A DNA stretch of 64,000 bases, from positions 3,994-67,993 of the forward strand of contig DAIMCS010000002.1 in NCBI GenBank assembly GCA_036726225.1, given 5' to 3'. The DNA comes from Patescibacteria group bacterium (GTDB lineage: Bacteria; Patescibacteriota; Doudnabacteria; UBA920). The position numbers were made by a program, and so were the translations under genes. The notes beneath the pieces are model-generated. The model was not told where the DNA came from. It made no database searches and saw only the letters and a list, made by a program, of their open reading frames with translations. Shown one piece after another: positions 9,377-19,500 of this stretch; the stretch's first letter is position 1, and the number at the start of each line of letters is the position of its first letter.

Positions 9377-10626
9377 AGAAACTTTTTTATTTACCATTGT
9401 GTCAAATGTCAAGACTTGACCCTGTGTTTCCTCCCTGATCTACTCATTCCGAATTGCTGAGTTAGATTCTGCAACTTTTCCATAGCTGTAGGCCTGACTA
9501 TCAGAACAAGGGGTCAAGTCTTGACATTTTACATTTTGCATAACCCATCAACCTTCTCAATTAAACGTTTAATTGCCTTATCTTTTTCTGCCTGCACGCA
9601 CAGCCTTTTAACCGTTTGCGATATAGAAGAATAATGCAAACCATTAAACTGTTCGGCTATTTGTTTTAGGCTAAGGTAAGTATAATGCTTTAAAGCGTAA
9701 ATGATAAGCTTCTTTTCGAGCTTGCGCTCTAGCTTGAGCCTGGTAATTACGGCTGTTATCCCTTCCAGAGTTTTAGTCCTTTGGACAAGTTTTAGGCTAG
9801 GAATCTCAGGATCTGTTTTATTACCTAAATAATCTTCTTGAATTTTAGAGACAAAGTCGCTATTTCCAAGAATTATACCTTTGTAAGCTTCTTTTTCAGG
9901 CCTAAAGTCTTGTTCTTCAGACTCAAACATAAATTCTTTAAATGCTTTAATGGCTTTTCTCTTGGATTTATGGAACTGCGAAAGCAAAAAATCAGTTTTT
10001 AAAAATACAGGCATTTCTGCTTTGCCAATATATGCGGGATAGCTGGAAAATTGATATTCTTCCAGCTGTTTTACAATCTTTGCCTTAAGCGGGTTTAAAT
10101 GAATGTATTTAGACAGTTGTAAAGAATAGCTGTCTTGGTCAACTAAAGTGGCTTTATACCTGCCTTGGAATAGAGGCCCTACTCTTTTGCGGCGCTTGTT
10201 GAATTTTAAAGTGTAGATGCCGTCCAACTGCCTCATAATTTTAGACAGCTGGCCGTTGGGAGTTTCAATATATAGGTGGTAATGGTTAGACATTAGGCAG
10301 TAACAATGAACCCAAAGGCCATACTTTTCGTGCAAATGTTTCAGCAGAAAAAAGAAATATTCTCTATCCTTAGAATCCCTAAATATTTCTCTTCGTTCAA
10401 GGCCACGATTGATTACGTGGTAAAACGCACCTGGATATTCAATTCTAAGAGGTCTGGCCATGCTAATTTACCGTTATTTGGCCAGTTTAATTTAATTAAG
10501 ATTGTTGTCAATGGATAACTTAAAAATACAAGCCTAATCTATTGTTTTAACTTAAATGTTTATTCTTACTGACAGTAAGAAACTTTTTTATTTACCATTG
10601 TGTCAAATGTCAAGACTTGACCCTGT
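9377..10626 (-). mobile_element. IS200/IS605-like or REPtron-type unit: HUH Y1 transposase flanked by ~49-bp direct repeats carrying REP-like hairpins
   Basis: Near-identical 49-bp segments (gaaactttttatttaccattgtgtcaaatgtcaagacttgaccctgt) at 9377..9425 and 10579..10626 bracket the transposase gene. An inverted copy of the hairpin lies at 9511..9530. Confidence 0.65.
9529..10461 (-). CDS. Y1 HUH transposase (IS200 TnpA / REP-associated tyrosine transposase) with a C-terminal DnaA-domain-IV-like HTH
   Basis: YHVINRG...HCYCLMSNHYHLYIETP (HuH motif) and a downstream catalytic-Tyr region. The C-terminal tail SLKQIAEQFNGLHYSSISQTVKRL resembles the DnaA C-terminal HTH. Confidence 0.8.
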   Translation of the reverse strand: MARPLRIEYPGAFYHVINRGLERREIFRDSKDREYFFFLLKHLHEKYGLWVHCYCLMSNHYHLYIETPNGQLSKIMRQLDGIYTLKFNKRRKRVGPLFQGRYKATLVDQDSYSLQLSKYIHLNPLKAKIVKQLEEYQFSSYPAYIGKAEMPVFLKTDFLLSQFHKSKRKAIKAFKEFMFESEEQDFRPEKEAYKGIILGNSDFVSKIQEDYLGNKTDPEIPSLKLVQRTKTLEGITAVITRLKLERKLEKKLIIYALKHYTYLSLKQIAEQFNGLHYSSISQTVKRLCVQAEKDKAIKRLIEKVDGLCKM

Positions 10627-10739
10627 CTGTCCCTATTCCAGTTTGATTAATTCCTTGATCGGCATTTATTAAAATTAATCTATAATATTTTATTTTGTTG
10701 CTAAACAAACAAGCTCTTTTTAGGTATTACCTACAAAAT

Positions 10740-11213
10740 TTATTTATTAGACTTATAGGAACTGGGTACCGAAGCTTCTTCGAAGTCAAATTTGTCTTTA
10801 TTCTTTTTTACTTCTTCTGCCAACAAATTTCCAATCATATTTGGGTCTACTTCTGATGGCACATCAATGGTTACAAAATTTTCAACTACACCGCTAGTTT
10901 CAGTACCGCAGCCAAGAGCATTAATTCTTTTTATTACTGAATTTGTATAATCACCTTTTTCATCCTCAAACACTTTAAACCTAAATGTACTATGGCCGCT
11001 AAACTTTATAGTTTTATCGTACATTAATAAACCATCAGGTGCAGGGGTCGCACTTACTATATCACCCCAACTAACACCAAAGACTCCGAAAGGAATATTT
11101 CTAATTTCATACTCATTTTCGGAGAGTTTTTCTGCAAACATTGTTTCTGTATGAGACCCTAAAAGCGAATCTTCTACATGAAAACCTATTTTTACCAAAT
11201 TATCATTGTTCAT
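10740..11213 (-). CDS. Putative immunity protein for the adjacent orphan Rhs-CT (HNH-like) cassette
   Basis: Small ORF immediately downstream of, and co-directional with, the toxin cassette 11245..12579. No known domain; assigned from position only. Confidence 0.4.
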   Translation of the reverse strand: MNNDNLVKIGFHVEDSLLGSHTETMFAEKLSENEYEIRNIPFGVFGVSWGDIVSATPAPDGLLMYDKTIKFSGHSTFRFKVFEDEKGDYTNSVIKRINALGCGTETSGVVENFVTIDVPSEVDPNMIGNLLAEEVKKNKDKFDFEEASVPSSYKSNK

Positions 11214-11244
11214 ATTTTAAATTCCTTTATTCTATTATAACCTT

Positions 11245-12579
11245 TTATGGCCAAGATGAAAACGGGTTGATATATTTATTTAGTGGGTTATTTGGGCTGT
11301 TTTTAAACTGCTCCTCAGACTGGGCACCCTTCTTTAAATTACAATCCCTACACTTCACGGAATCATTTTGAGGTGAGTTGTCTCCCCCCGCTTTACGCGA
11401 AGTCTTATGATCGTGATTCTTTTCATCCGGTGAAGGAGATTTCCCTTTTTCTGGCTTTCCGGGCTCTGTGACTTCTTTACCACAGTTGTCACATTTCAAC
11501 TTTCCATCATTTCTAGCTCTATTTTCTTCTTCTGTCTTTTCCTTGGTCTTATTTGAAAACTTACCTCCCGGCAAATATTTTTCTAAAGCAATTCCAGTAG
11601 AAGTCTGTGGCGTGGACATTAATGAAGCTGGTGTACTTTGATTTCCGATTGAATCAGGACCAGCTAAAGTCCATCTAATACCATAATACGCCCCAACTGT
11701 GCCGCCAACAACTATGGTTGCTCCCCCTAATACATATGCACCGACAATTACTTCACCACCGAGAGCAGCGCCTCCTCCACCAAATACCAATGTGCCTGCT
11801 GCAGCGTTTTCTCCAGTCGGATCAGTATTCACAATTGGGTTGTTTCTAGCATAACTATAACTATTCCACTGCTGAGGGTCTTGAAGATACTCATCTGGAG
11901 TTTCCCAGAACATAGGATCCTGACTTATAAACTTCGCATTTGTGCCATTGAAATAACGGCTATTCATGTAGGTCAAAGAACTGGTTGGGTCATACTCGTG
12001 TCCGCTAATACCTTTTCTTTGTTCGTTGAATCCAGTTTGTTCATCTATCCTAAAAGTACCGTAGGGATATGTATCGACAATTTGGACCACGGCGCCAGCA
12101 TCTGAGGTCGAGACATTTGCTCCACCGAGATGATCAACATGCACGTAACTTACTGTGGTAGAAGTACCCGTTCCAACTACAGTAGCAATAAGTGTGCCGT
12201 CTGGTAAGAATATATGTTTAGTTGGAACGCTTCCGGTTATATTATATTCCTTCGTTGGATAATAAGTAGTAACTGAGGATGTGGTAGCGACTGTCATCTT
12301 CACACGCTGACCCCAGGGATCATAGCTAAAAGTACTGGTGGCCGTCGTTGAAGTAGCCTGAGTCAGTCTATTGTTGTAATCCCAAGTGTAAGATACAGCT
12401 GGGGTACTGGTTCCTATTCTTTGGGTGAGTAGGTTTCCATTGTTATCATATGTATAAGCATAGGCGCTACCCGCTGTAGTGGTCGCTACAGCATGGGGAT
12501 TCAAATAAGCAGGGGTATTTGTAGCATAGGTATACGTAGTGGTAGTGGACAAGCCGACATCTACTCCAGATTTTAGCAA
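11245..12579 (-). CDS. Orphan Rhs C-terminal cassette (terminal YD repeats + Rhs core end + variable toxin tip with an HNH-like Cys/His motif)
   Basis: Shares TTTYTYATNTPAYLNPHAVATT...RYFNGTNAKFISQDP...NNPIVNTDPTG with the C-terminal part of the 2654-aa Rhs. The divergent tip contains CDNCGK...NHDH...CRDCN. Confidence 0.75.
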   Translation of the reverse strand: MLKSGVDVGLSTTTTYTYATNTPAYLNPHAVATTTAGSAYAYTYDNNGNLLTQRIGTSTPAVSYTWDYNNRLTQATSTTATSTFSYDPWGQRVKMTVATTSSVTTYYPTKEYNITGSVPTKHIFLPDGTLIATVVGTGTSTTVSYVHVDHLGGANVSTSDAGAVVQIVDTYPYGTFRIDEQTGFNEQRKGISGHEYDPTSSLTYMNSRYFNGTNAKFISQDPMFWETPDEYLQDPQQWNSYSYARNNPIVNTDPTGENAAAGTLVFGGGGAALGGEVIVGAYVLGGATIVVGGTVGAYYGIRWTLAGPDSIGNQSTPASLMSTPQTSTGIALEKYLPGGKFSNKTKEKTEEENRARNDGKLKCDNCGKEVTEPGKPEKGKSPSPDEKNHDHKTSRKAGGDNSPQNDSVKCRDCNLKKGAQSEEQFKNSPNNPLNKYINPFSSWP

Positions 12580-12628
12580 TGCTTAAAGGATAATATTAAT
12601 TTGTCAAAGGGCTTTAAGCTGGAATACT

Positions 12629-12853
12629 TTACTCAGTAAACGGTTCCAGCGTTTCTTCTTTTACAAAAGTGTCAGAACCATCGCTAAACTCAATAGTATA
12701 AAAAGCTGCACCTATTGGGGCTTTGAAATGTTTAGACTGATCCTCCGTTTCCACGGTAGTGATCCCGACTATCACCGCATAGGTTTTTAAAATTTTGCCG
12801 TTTTGATCTCTTGTTACTAAATTCACTTGATCATTGTAAGTAAATTTTGTCAT
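12629..12853 (-). CDS. Small immunity-like protein (paralog family of 3)
   Basis: 74 aa, directly downstream of orphan cassette 12868..14163. Paralogous to 14239..14463 and 14468..14704 (shared ...FYTIEF.DGSD.....LEPFTE). Confidence 0.5.
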   Translation of the reverse strand: MTKFTYNDQVNLVTRDQNGKILKTYAVIVGITTVETEDQSKHFKAPIGAAFYTIEFSDGSDTFVKEETLEPFTE

Positions 12854-12867
12854 ATAGTTATGCTTAA

Positions 12868-14163
12868 TTATTTAATCGGTAGCCAAGGAGTGCCGTCTGG
12901 ATTTGTAACTCCAGGCCTATGCGCATGAGGCTGTTGGGATCTGGGGTCTTGGTGCTTTGAAGAAGCAGGATGACCCTTATCTATTCGAGTTCCTGTTTGC
13001 TTGCCCTGAGAATCTTTTACTTGAATAGCCTCTCCATCGGGGGAACCTTGGATCTGCTCTCCCGCCCCCACTGGAATCGCATTACCTTTAGGGTCAACTA
13101 CAATAACAGGTTCTTTCACAGGCCCCACAAAAGGATTAGAATTGTCTGTATCGGTGGTTGAGGTGTCAGCAGTCAGTATAGAACTAGGTGTGGTTTGATT
13201 GCTAATATCTGGACTAGCCAATCCCCACCTAAGAGTTCCGGCAACGCCAATTGCCGCTGCACCACCAATTGCGACTGGCGGAGCATAAACTCCAATGAGA
13301 CCCCCGATGTAACTAAAAATAGGTGCTAATGAAGGAATATTAATTGTTGGAAGTGCTCTGGTAGCTTCACCGACAGCTGCTTGCCCTGTTGGATCTGTGT
13401 TTACTATTGGATTATTCAGTGCGTAACTGTAAGAATTTAGATTTTGAGGATTTGATAAATACTCCTTTAATTCCTGATCAGTCATCTCTTGAAGGTGACG
13501 ATTATCACCCATAGCTAAAAATGCTGGATCTTGGGACAAGAATCTAGTATTGGTTTGATTGTAATAGCGCTGGTTAAGATAGTTTAAATTTGAAGCAGGA
13601 TCAAACTCATAATTTGCAAATTTTCTTTGGCTGTTTAGTCCATTCTGTTCATCTATTCTTGCAGTCCCATACGGATAATAATCGGTTAGTTCAACTACAG
13701 CCGGATTTTCGCCGTCACTTGTTGCTAGATTCATACCACCTAGGTGATCTGTATGCACATACGACACTGTTGTAGTTGTACCAGTTCCAACAACAGTCGC
13801 GATTAAAGTACCGTCGGGTAAGAAGATATTTTTAGTAGGAGTTGAACCTGTTACGTTATACCCCTTGCTTGGATAATATGTTGTGGCGGATGAAGTGGTG
13901 GCTACTGTTTGTTTTATACGCTGTCCCCAAGGATCGTAACTGTATGTTGACGTTGCACTATTTCCCACTGCCTGGGTCATACGGTTATTATAATCCCAGG
14001 TATAGGCAGCTGTAGTTGTAGCACCGACTGCTGAGGAAGTAAGGTTGCCGTTATTATCATAAACGTATGTGGTGGCCGAGGCAGCAGTCGTAGTTGCCAC
14101 AGCGTGAGGATTAAGATAGGCCGCTGTTCCTGTAGCATAGGTATACGTAGTGGTAGCAACCAA
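12868..14163 (-). CDS. Orphan Rhs C-terminal cassette with toxin tip ending ...HAHRPGVTNPDGTPWLPIK
   Basis: Same conserved Rhs-core end (NNPIVNTDPTGQ). The tip is ~80% identical to that of 14729..16033. Confidence 0.75.
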   Translation of the reverse strand: MVATTTYTYATGTAAYLNPHAVATTTAASATTYVYDNNGNLTSSAVGATTTAAYTWDYNNRMTQAVGNSATSTYSYDPWGQRIKQTVATTSSATTYYPSKGYNVTGSTPTKNIFLPDGTLIATVVGTGTTTTVSYVHTDHLGGMNLATSDGENPAVVELTDYYPYGTARIDEQNGLNSQRKFANYEFDPASNLNYLNQRYYNQTNTRFLSQDPAFLAMGDNRHLQEMTDQELKEYLSNPQNLNSYSYALNNPIVNTDPTGQAAVGEATRALPTINIPSLAPIFSYIGGLIGVYAPPVAIGGAAAIGVAGTLRWGLASPDISNQTTPSSILTADTSTTDTDNSNPFVGPVKEPVIVVDPKGNAIPVGAGEQIQGSPDGEAIQVKDSQGKQTGTRIDKGHPASSKHQDPRSQQPHAHRPGVTNPDGTPWLPIK

Positions 14164-14238
14164 GCCAACACCTTCTCCGGGTTTTAGCGAGATTTTATAA
14201 GGCTATTCAGTTGTCAAAGGACTTTAAATTCGCATACC

Positions 14239-14463
14239 TCACTCAGTAAACGGTTCCAGCATATCTTCTGGAGCCAAAGTATCTGAGCCATCTGCAAACT
14301 CAATTGTATAAAATGTTGTACCTATAGACGCATTAAAATGCTTTGAGTCCTGTTCAGTTTTAACAGGCGATATACCGACTACTGCAGCATAAACTTTAGA
14401 AACGACATTTCCGCTTTCATCAAGTTTTTTTAAATAAACACTGTCTCCCCATGTAAATTGCAT
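14239..14463 (-). CDS. Small immunity-like protein (tandem paralog 1)
   Basis: Start placed at internal MQFTWGDSVYLKKLDE. ~75 aa, paralog of 14468..14704 and 12629..12853. Confidence 0.5.
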   Translation of the reverse strand: MQFTWGDSVYLKKLDESGNVVSKVYAAVVGISPVKTEQDSKHFNASIGTTFYTIEFADGSDTLAPEDMLEPFTE

Positions 14464-14467
14464 GTGA

Positions 14468-14704
14468 TTATTCGTTATTAGAAGAAAACGACTCCAGGAC
14501 ATCTTCCCGGACAAATTCCTGCATAGATCCATCACCAAATTCAATATTATACAAATTTGCACCAATAGGAAGTCCAAAGCGTTTTACATCCTCCTCTGTT
14601 TCAACCTGGGTCACCCATATCACTGCCGCAGGAACTTTAGACACTACTTTCCCATGTTCGTCAAGTTTTTTTAAATAAACACTGTCTCCCCATGTAAATT
14701 GCAT
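14468..14704 (-). CDS. Small immunity-like protein (tandem paralog 2)
   Basis: MQFTWGDSVYLKKLDEHGKVV... The 5' DNA (ccatgtaaattgcatgtgatt) is duplicated at 14441 and 14681. Confidence 0.5.
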   Translation of the reverse strand: MQFTWGDSVYLKKLDEHGKVVSKVPAAVIWVTQVETEEDVKRFGLPIGANLYNIEFGDGSMQEFVREDVLESFSSNNE

Positions 14705-14728
14705 GTGATTAAAACTTAAAATTATTAA

Positions 14729-16033
14729 TTATTTTATTGGTAACCAAGGAGTTCCGTCAGGATTTGTAACCCCAGGTCTATGGGCGTGAGGTTGTTGCCC
14801 CCTCGTATCAGGATGGGTACTAGCTGGATGTCCATTATCTATACGAGTTCCTGTGGTAGTCTTTCCATCAGATTGTTTGACATCAACCCACTTTCCATCC
14901 TTTGATGTTTTTATCTGCTCGCCTTTCCCAACGGGAATAGCGTTACCTTTAGGGTCAACTACGGTAACAGGTTCCTTTACCGGCCCTACAAAAGGATTGG
15001 AATTATCGGTATCGGCTTCTGGCTGGGCATTGGCATCACCTTCAGCAGTTAATATTGAACTAGGGGTTGTCTGGTTACTAATATCGGGGCTTGCCAATCC
15101 CCACCTCAGACTTCCCACTATAGCGACTGCTCCTACCCCACCAATAGCGACAGGTGGCGTATAGCTAATTATAACACCGCCGATATAATAAAGAATAGAT
15201 CCGAGAGCGGGAAGCGCAGGAGCAAGTCTCATAGCGCCTTCTGCGGATTGACCTGTAGGATCTGTGTTCACTATCGGATTATTGAGAGCGTAACTGTAAG
15301 AGTTCAGGTTTTGAGGGTTTGATAAGTATTCTTTTAATTTTTGGCCAGTCATTTCTTCGAGGTATTGATTGTCACCCATTGCCAAGAAAGCTGGATCCTG
15401 GCTTAAGAATCTAGCGTTGGTGCCATTGTAGTAGCGCTGGTTAAGATAATTTAAATTGGAGGCCGGGTCAAACTCGTAATTAGCAAACTTACGCTGGCTG
15501 GAAAATCCGCTCTGTTCGTCTATTCTTATATTTCCATAGGGCAGGTAATCTGAAAGTTGCTGGATTTCGCCTTCTTCGGAGGTCGCTACATTCATACCAC
15601 CGAGATGATCGGTATGGATATATGACACGGTTGTAGTTGTGCCGGTTCCAACTATCGTTGCTATCATAGTTCCGTCTGGTAGGAATATGTGCTTGGTCGG
15701 AACGCTGCCGGTAATATTGTATTCTTTGCTTGAATAGATAGTTGTAGTAGCACCTTGGGTCTGTTTTACTCTTTGACCCCAAGGATCGTAAGTGTAAGTT
15801 ACCGAAACTCCGGTAGATGAAGCTTGCGTTAAGCGATTATTATAATCCCAAGTATAGGCAGTTGATGTAGCGCCGCTAGTGATTATACCCGTAAGGTTTC
15901 CGTTGTTGTCATAAGTGCTGGTAGCAGTTCCTATCTTCTGTGGGGCATGGGGGTTTAAGTAAGCAGGAGTGTTTGTAGCATAGGTATACGTAGTGGTAGC
16001 ACCCAAGCCAACAGCTTCTCCCAACTTCAGCAA
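14729..16033 (-). CDS. Orphan Rhs C-terminal cassette (same tip family as 12868..14163)
   Basis: Begins inside YD repeats (TTTYTYATNTPAYLNPHA). Core end DPAFLAMGDNQYLEEM...NNPIVNTDPTGQ, then a GxxxG-rich TM-like segment and the ...HAHRPGVTNPDGTPWLPIK tip. Confidence 0.75.
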   Translation of the reverse strand: MLKLGEAVGLGATTTYTYATNTPAYLNPHAPQKIGTATSTYDNNGNLTGIITSGATSTAYTWDYNNRLTQASSTGVSVTYTYDPWGQRVKQTQGATTTIYSSKEYNITGSVPTKHIFLPDGTMIATIVGTGTTTTVSYIHTDHLGGMNVATSEEGEIQQLSDYLPYGNIRIDEQSGFSSQRKFANYEFDPASNLNYLNQRYYNGTNARFLSQDPAFLAMGDNQYLEEMTGQKLKEYLSNPQNLNSYSYALNNPIVNTDPTGQSAEGAMRLAPALPALGSILYYIGGVIISYTPPVAIGGVGAVAIVGSLRWGLASPDISNQTTPSSILTAEGDANAQPEADTDNSNPFVGPVKEPVTVVDPKGNAIPVGKGEQIKTSKDGKWVDVKQSDGKTTTGTRIDNGHPASTHPDTRGQQPHAHRPGVTNPDGTPWLPIK

Positions 16034-16069
16034 TGTTTGAAAGGTCTTACTAAGATGTTAAAGAACGAT

Positions 16070-16501
16070 TTAGAGGTCTTTAAAAATTTCAGAATCATAT
16101 TCACCTATTGATACCATTACCTGAACATCATCCAATGTGCCACAGTCAAAATATTGATGGAAATCATCACCATCTTTAGCAGAAGCAAAAATATCAAGCT
16201 CATTGATAAATTGTTCAAATTCTTTAGCACCCAAACCCCATTCAAATAAACTATCGTTAATTTTTTTCATACCCGTTACATCAGGAAGAACTTTTAACAG
16301 TACATCGACGTTGGATTTTATAAACATCGGTATTCCTCCAAAATTTACACTTGTTCCGGGTCTTCCTGCATAATCCTTTAATAGATCTCTAAATGAAGCG
16401 AAAGCTAAGGGACTTCCGGAAAACAATAATGTATCTGCGCTTTTAAAATTCTTAAAAAAACCAAAGTAAATTTTATTATCTTGTTTGTTCATATTTATCA
16501 T
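16070..16501 (-). CDS. Putative cognate immunity protein of the full-length Rhs toxin
   Basis: Its start codon overlaps the Rhs stop (ATGA at 16498..16501), implying translational coupling. No known domain. Confidence 0.5.
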   Translation of the reverse strand: MINMNKQDNKIYFGFFKNFKSADTLLFSGSPLAFASFRDLLKDYAGRPGTSVNFGGIPMFIKSNVDVLLKVLPDVTGMKKINDSLFEWGLGAKEFEQFINELDIFASAKDGDDFHQYFDCGTLDDVQVMVSIGEYDSEIFKDL

Positions 16502-19500
16502 TTTTTAGGTGTATTAGAGGACGGATTGTTTTTAAGAGGAGAATCATTACCAATTGGAACATTTCTCCACTCATTTCCCTGTTTTCCATCTGGACCCGGT
16601 GGTTGACCAGGTTTATGAGGATTATAGTCCCAATGAGGATTATGGCGCTCATCACCGGGGAAATATCTCCATTCGCCTCCTTTAGAATCCCAATAACTCT
16701 TCCCTCCTTCCTTTCCTTCAGAAGGACGACTAGCGGGACCCACTTTTAATTCTCCTGGATTTTCTACTGGTGGCGCGACACCGTCAGGTGCCAAACCTCT
16801 GGGAGTCTCAATCTTATCATTTGATTGGTCTGCAGGCATTATTGGCCCTATAAAAGGTTGGGGGGTCATCGCTTCTCTTTCAGCGTCTGTAATTGCTGGT
16901 GCATTAGCTGTACGGGGAAATACCAATACGCCTATTGCCGCGCCTATGCCTAGAGCAGTCGCGGATATTCCCGAAAGGATACCTGCCCCAATTTTAGCAA
17001 ATGGCATAGCAAGTGTGGCGGCGTTACCAGTTGGATCAGTATTGACGATTGGGTTATTTAAAGCATAGCTATAGGTATTTAAGTTTTGAGGATTAGATAA
17101 GTATTCCTTTAGTTGCTGGTTAGTCATTTCTCTTAACTGACGACTATCGCCCATAGCCAAAAACGCGGGATCTTGGGATATAAATTTTGCGTTCGCACCA
17201 TTGAAATAACGGCTGTTCATGTAGGTCAAAGAACTGGTTGGATCATACTCATGACCGCTGATTCCTTTTCTTTGTTCGTTGAACCCGTTTTGCTCATCTA
17301 ATCTGAAAGTACCATAAGGGTACGTATCAACAAGTTGGACTACTTCTCCGGAATCTGAGGTGGAGACGTTTGGTCCGCCAAGATGGTCGGTATGGATGTA
17401 ACTAACAGTTGTGGAAGTGCCGGTTCCAACTATGGTAGCTATCATGGTGCCGTCTGGTAAGAATATATGTTTGGTAGGAACACTTCCAGTTATATTGTAT
17501 TCTTTTGTCGGATAGTAAGTTGTAGCGCTGGATGTTGTCGCAACGGTCATTTTGACCCTCTGGCCCCAGGGGTCATAGGAATATGTACTGGTCGCATTAT
17601 TACCAAGAGCCTGCGTCAGCCTGTTGTTATAGTCCCATGTGTAAGAAGCTTGGGTGGATGTCCCTATCGCAGTAGAGGTTAAATTACCATTGTTATCATA
17701 GGTAAAGCTAGTGCTGGTTGCGACAGTAGTCGTGGCCACAGCGTGAGGATTCAAGTAAGCAGCCGTTCCTGTAGCATAGGTATACGTAGTGGTAGTGCCG
17801 TTTTCAACTCGGGTTAATATATTCCCAACACTGCTATAGGTATAACTATAGTTGTAAGGTGTGGTTGAAGCAGCAGTCGTGGAAGCATTGGTTAGCCTGT
17901 TTAAGTCGTCGTAAGAATAGGTAACCACCCTTTCTAAGGTCGTGCTGGCAGATTCCCTTATTTGGGTAATATTGCCGTTGTTATCGTAAGTGTAAGTTAA
18001 GTCCTGAATGGCAGGGCCCGGGGAGGGTGGCACCGGCCAATCACCCGTGTAAAGGTCAGAAATTTCTTCATCTGTCAGAGCGCGGTTAAATATGGAAAAG
18101 TCATCCACAATTCCGTCTGCTTTATTACCACCGTGAATAGCAGCCCCTACAACAGCTCCGGAAACTCCATAAGTTCCGCTCCCTCCACCGCTCACTGAAA
18201 TAGTGCCCAAATAGGTGCCGTTTATATAGGCTTTGGTAGATGAACCGTTATAGGATAAAGTTAGCATACTGAAGTAACTGGTGGGTACGGTTGTACTGTA
18301 AGATACCTGGTTGTCTGATACAGAATTCTTTTGGTAGATATAAAGCAGCTTTGGCGTACCACTGTCGTCGTAGTAGTCTATACGCATATTTACCTTGTCA
18401 GTGTCGGAAAACGCACCACCAAGTTCCCATCTCGCTCCGCCTGTTGGGGCGGCCGGCGGCTTGTACCAGAAATTCAAAGTAAAACCGGAAAGGAAGGAGT
18501 AGCCGTTTGGGTCGTTGGTATTGTTAAGCCATTTGCTGCTGTTAGAGCTACCCATATCCGCGCCATTGTTAAATTTAGCGGAATTGAAGGGTGTACTGCC
18601 ATTGTTCGTAAGGTTGCTGCCGACTGAGGCAGTGGTATTTTCAAGCCGGAAATATTCTTGAATGTTAGGGTCTGTGTAAAGTGAAGTTTCGTAAAGCTCA
18701 ACTGCCGCTGCGTTGGCTGTTTTGGGAGTAAATTGGGCAATAAGAAAACCAAAAGCTTTGCTAACGCCATTTGCAAAAGCGCGATAAATCTTGGACAAAA
18801 CCCCTTCCTCTTGAATTTCCTGAGGCAAAACTTCTTCCGGTTGTGGTGTGAGCTGCGATTCGGGCGTAGTTAAATTTGTAGGCTGGGGTGTAATTATTTC
18901 AGGGCTGGTTGTAGCCTCGACAACTTCAGGAACAGGCATTACGGGTTCTTCTAAAACACTTCCCTGTGTTGAGGTTGGAGTCGCTTCTTCCTCTTGTGAG
19001 GAAGTGGATGTTGCGGTGTTATTTTCAGCGGCCGGAGCCTGGTCTATTAAGTTTTCGGGCGTGTCGCTGGCAATATATTCTGGCGGTGGGTCTGCGACTA
19101 TTACTTCGGCTTTGCCTAGAGTCTCTTTTTGTTTTAATTCTTCTTCCTCTTTTATTTTTTCATCTTCATTATTAGGCAAGAGCTCTGGAGTTGCTTCTTC
19201 GTCAACAATGGCCGGTTCTTGAACTTGACCTAAGCTCTCTTGGGCATCCATTTGGGATTCTTCCTGTCCTGACTCTCCCTCACCAAACATCATAGATTCT
19301 TCTGAGGGCAGCCTTGTAACTTTTTGCTGCAGCCGGTACATATGGGCGACATCGTAAGTGTTTGTAGTAATAGCCCCATTGGCAAAAGTAATTACAGTGG
19401 GTTGTTCTAGAGGTGAGTAATCGTAACTGCTGACTACATCTGTATAAGAGCCGTCTGTGCTTTCTTTTCTTTGAACCTGGTCTAAAAGTCCCGCGCTGTT

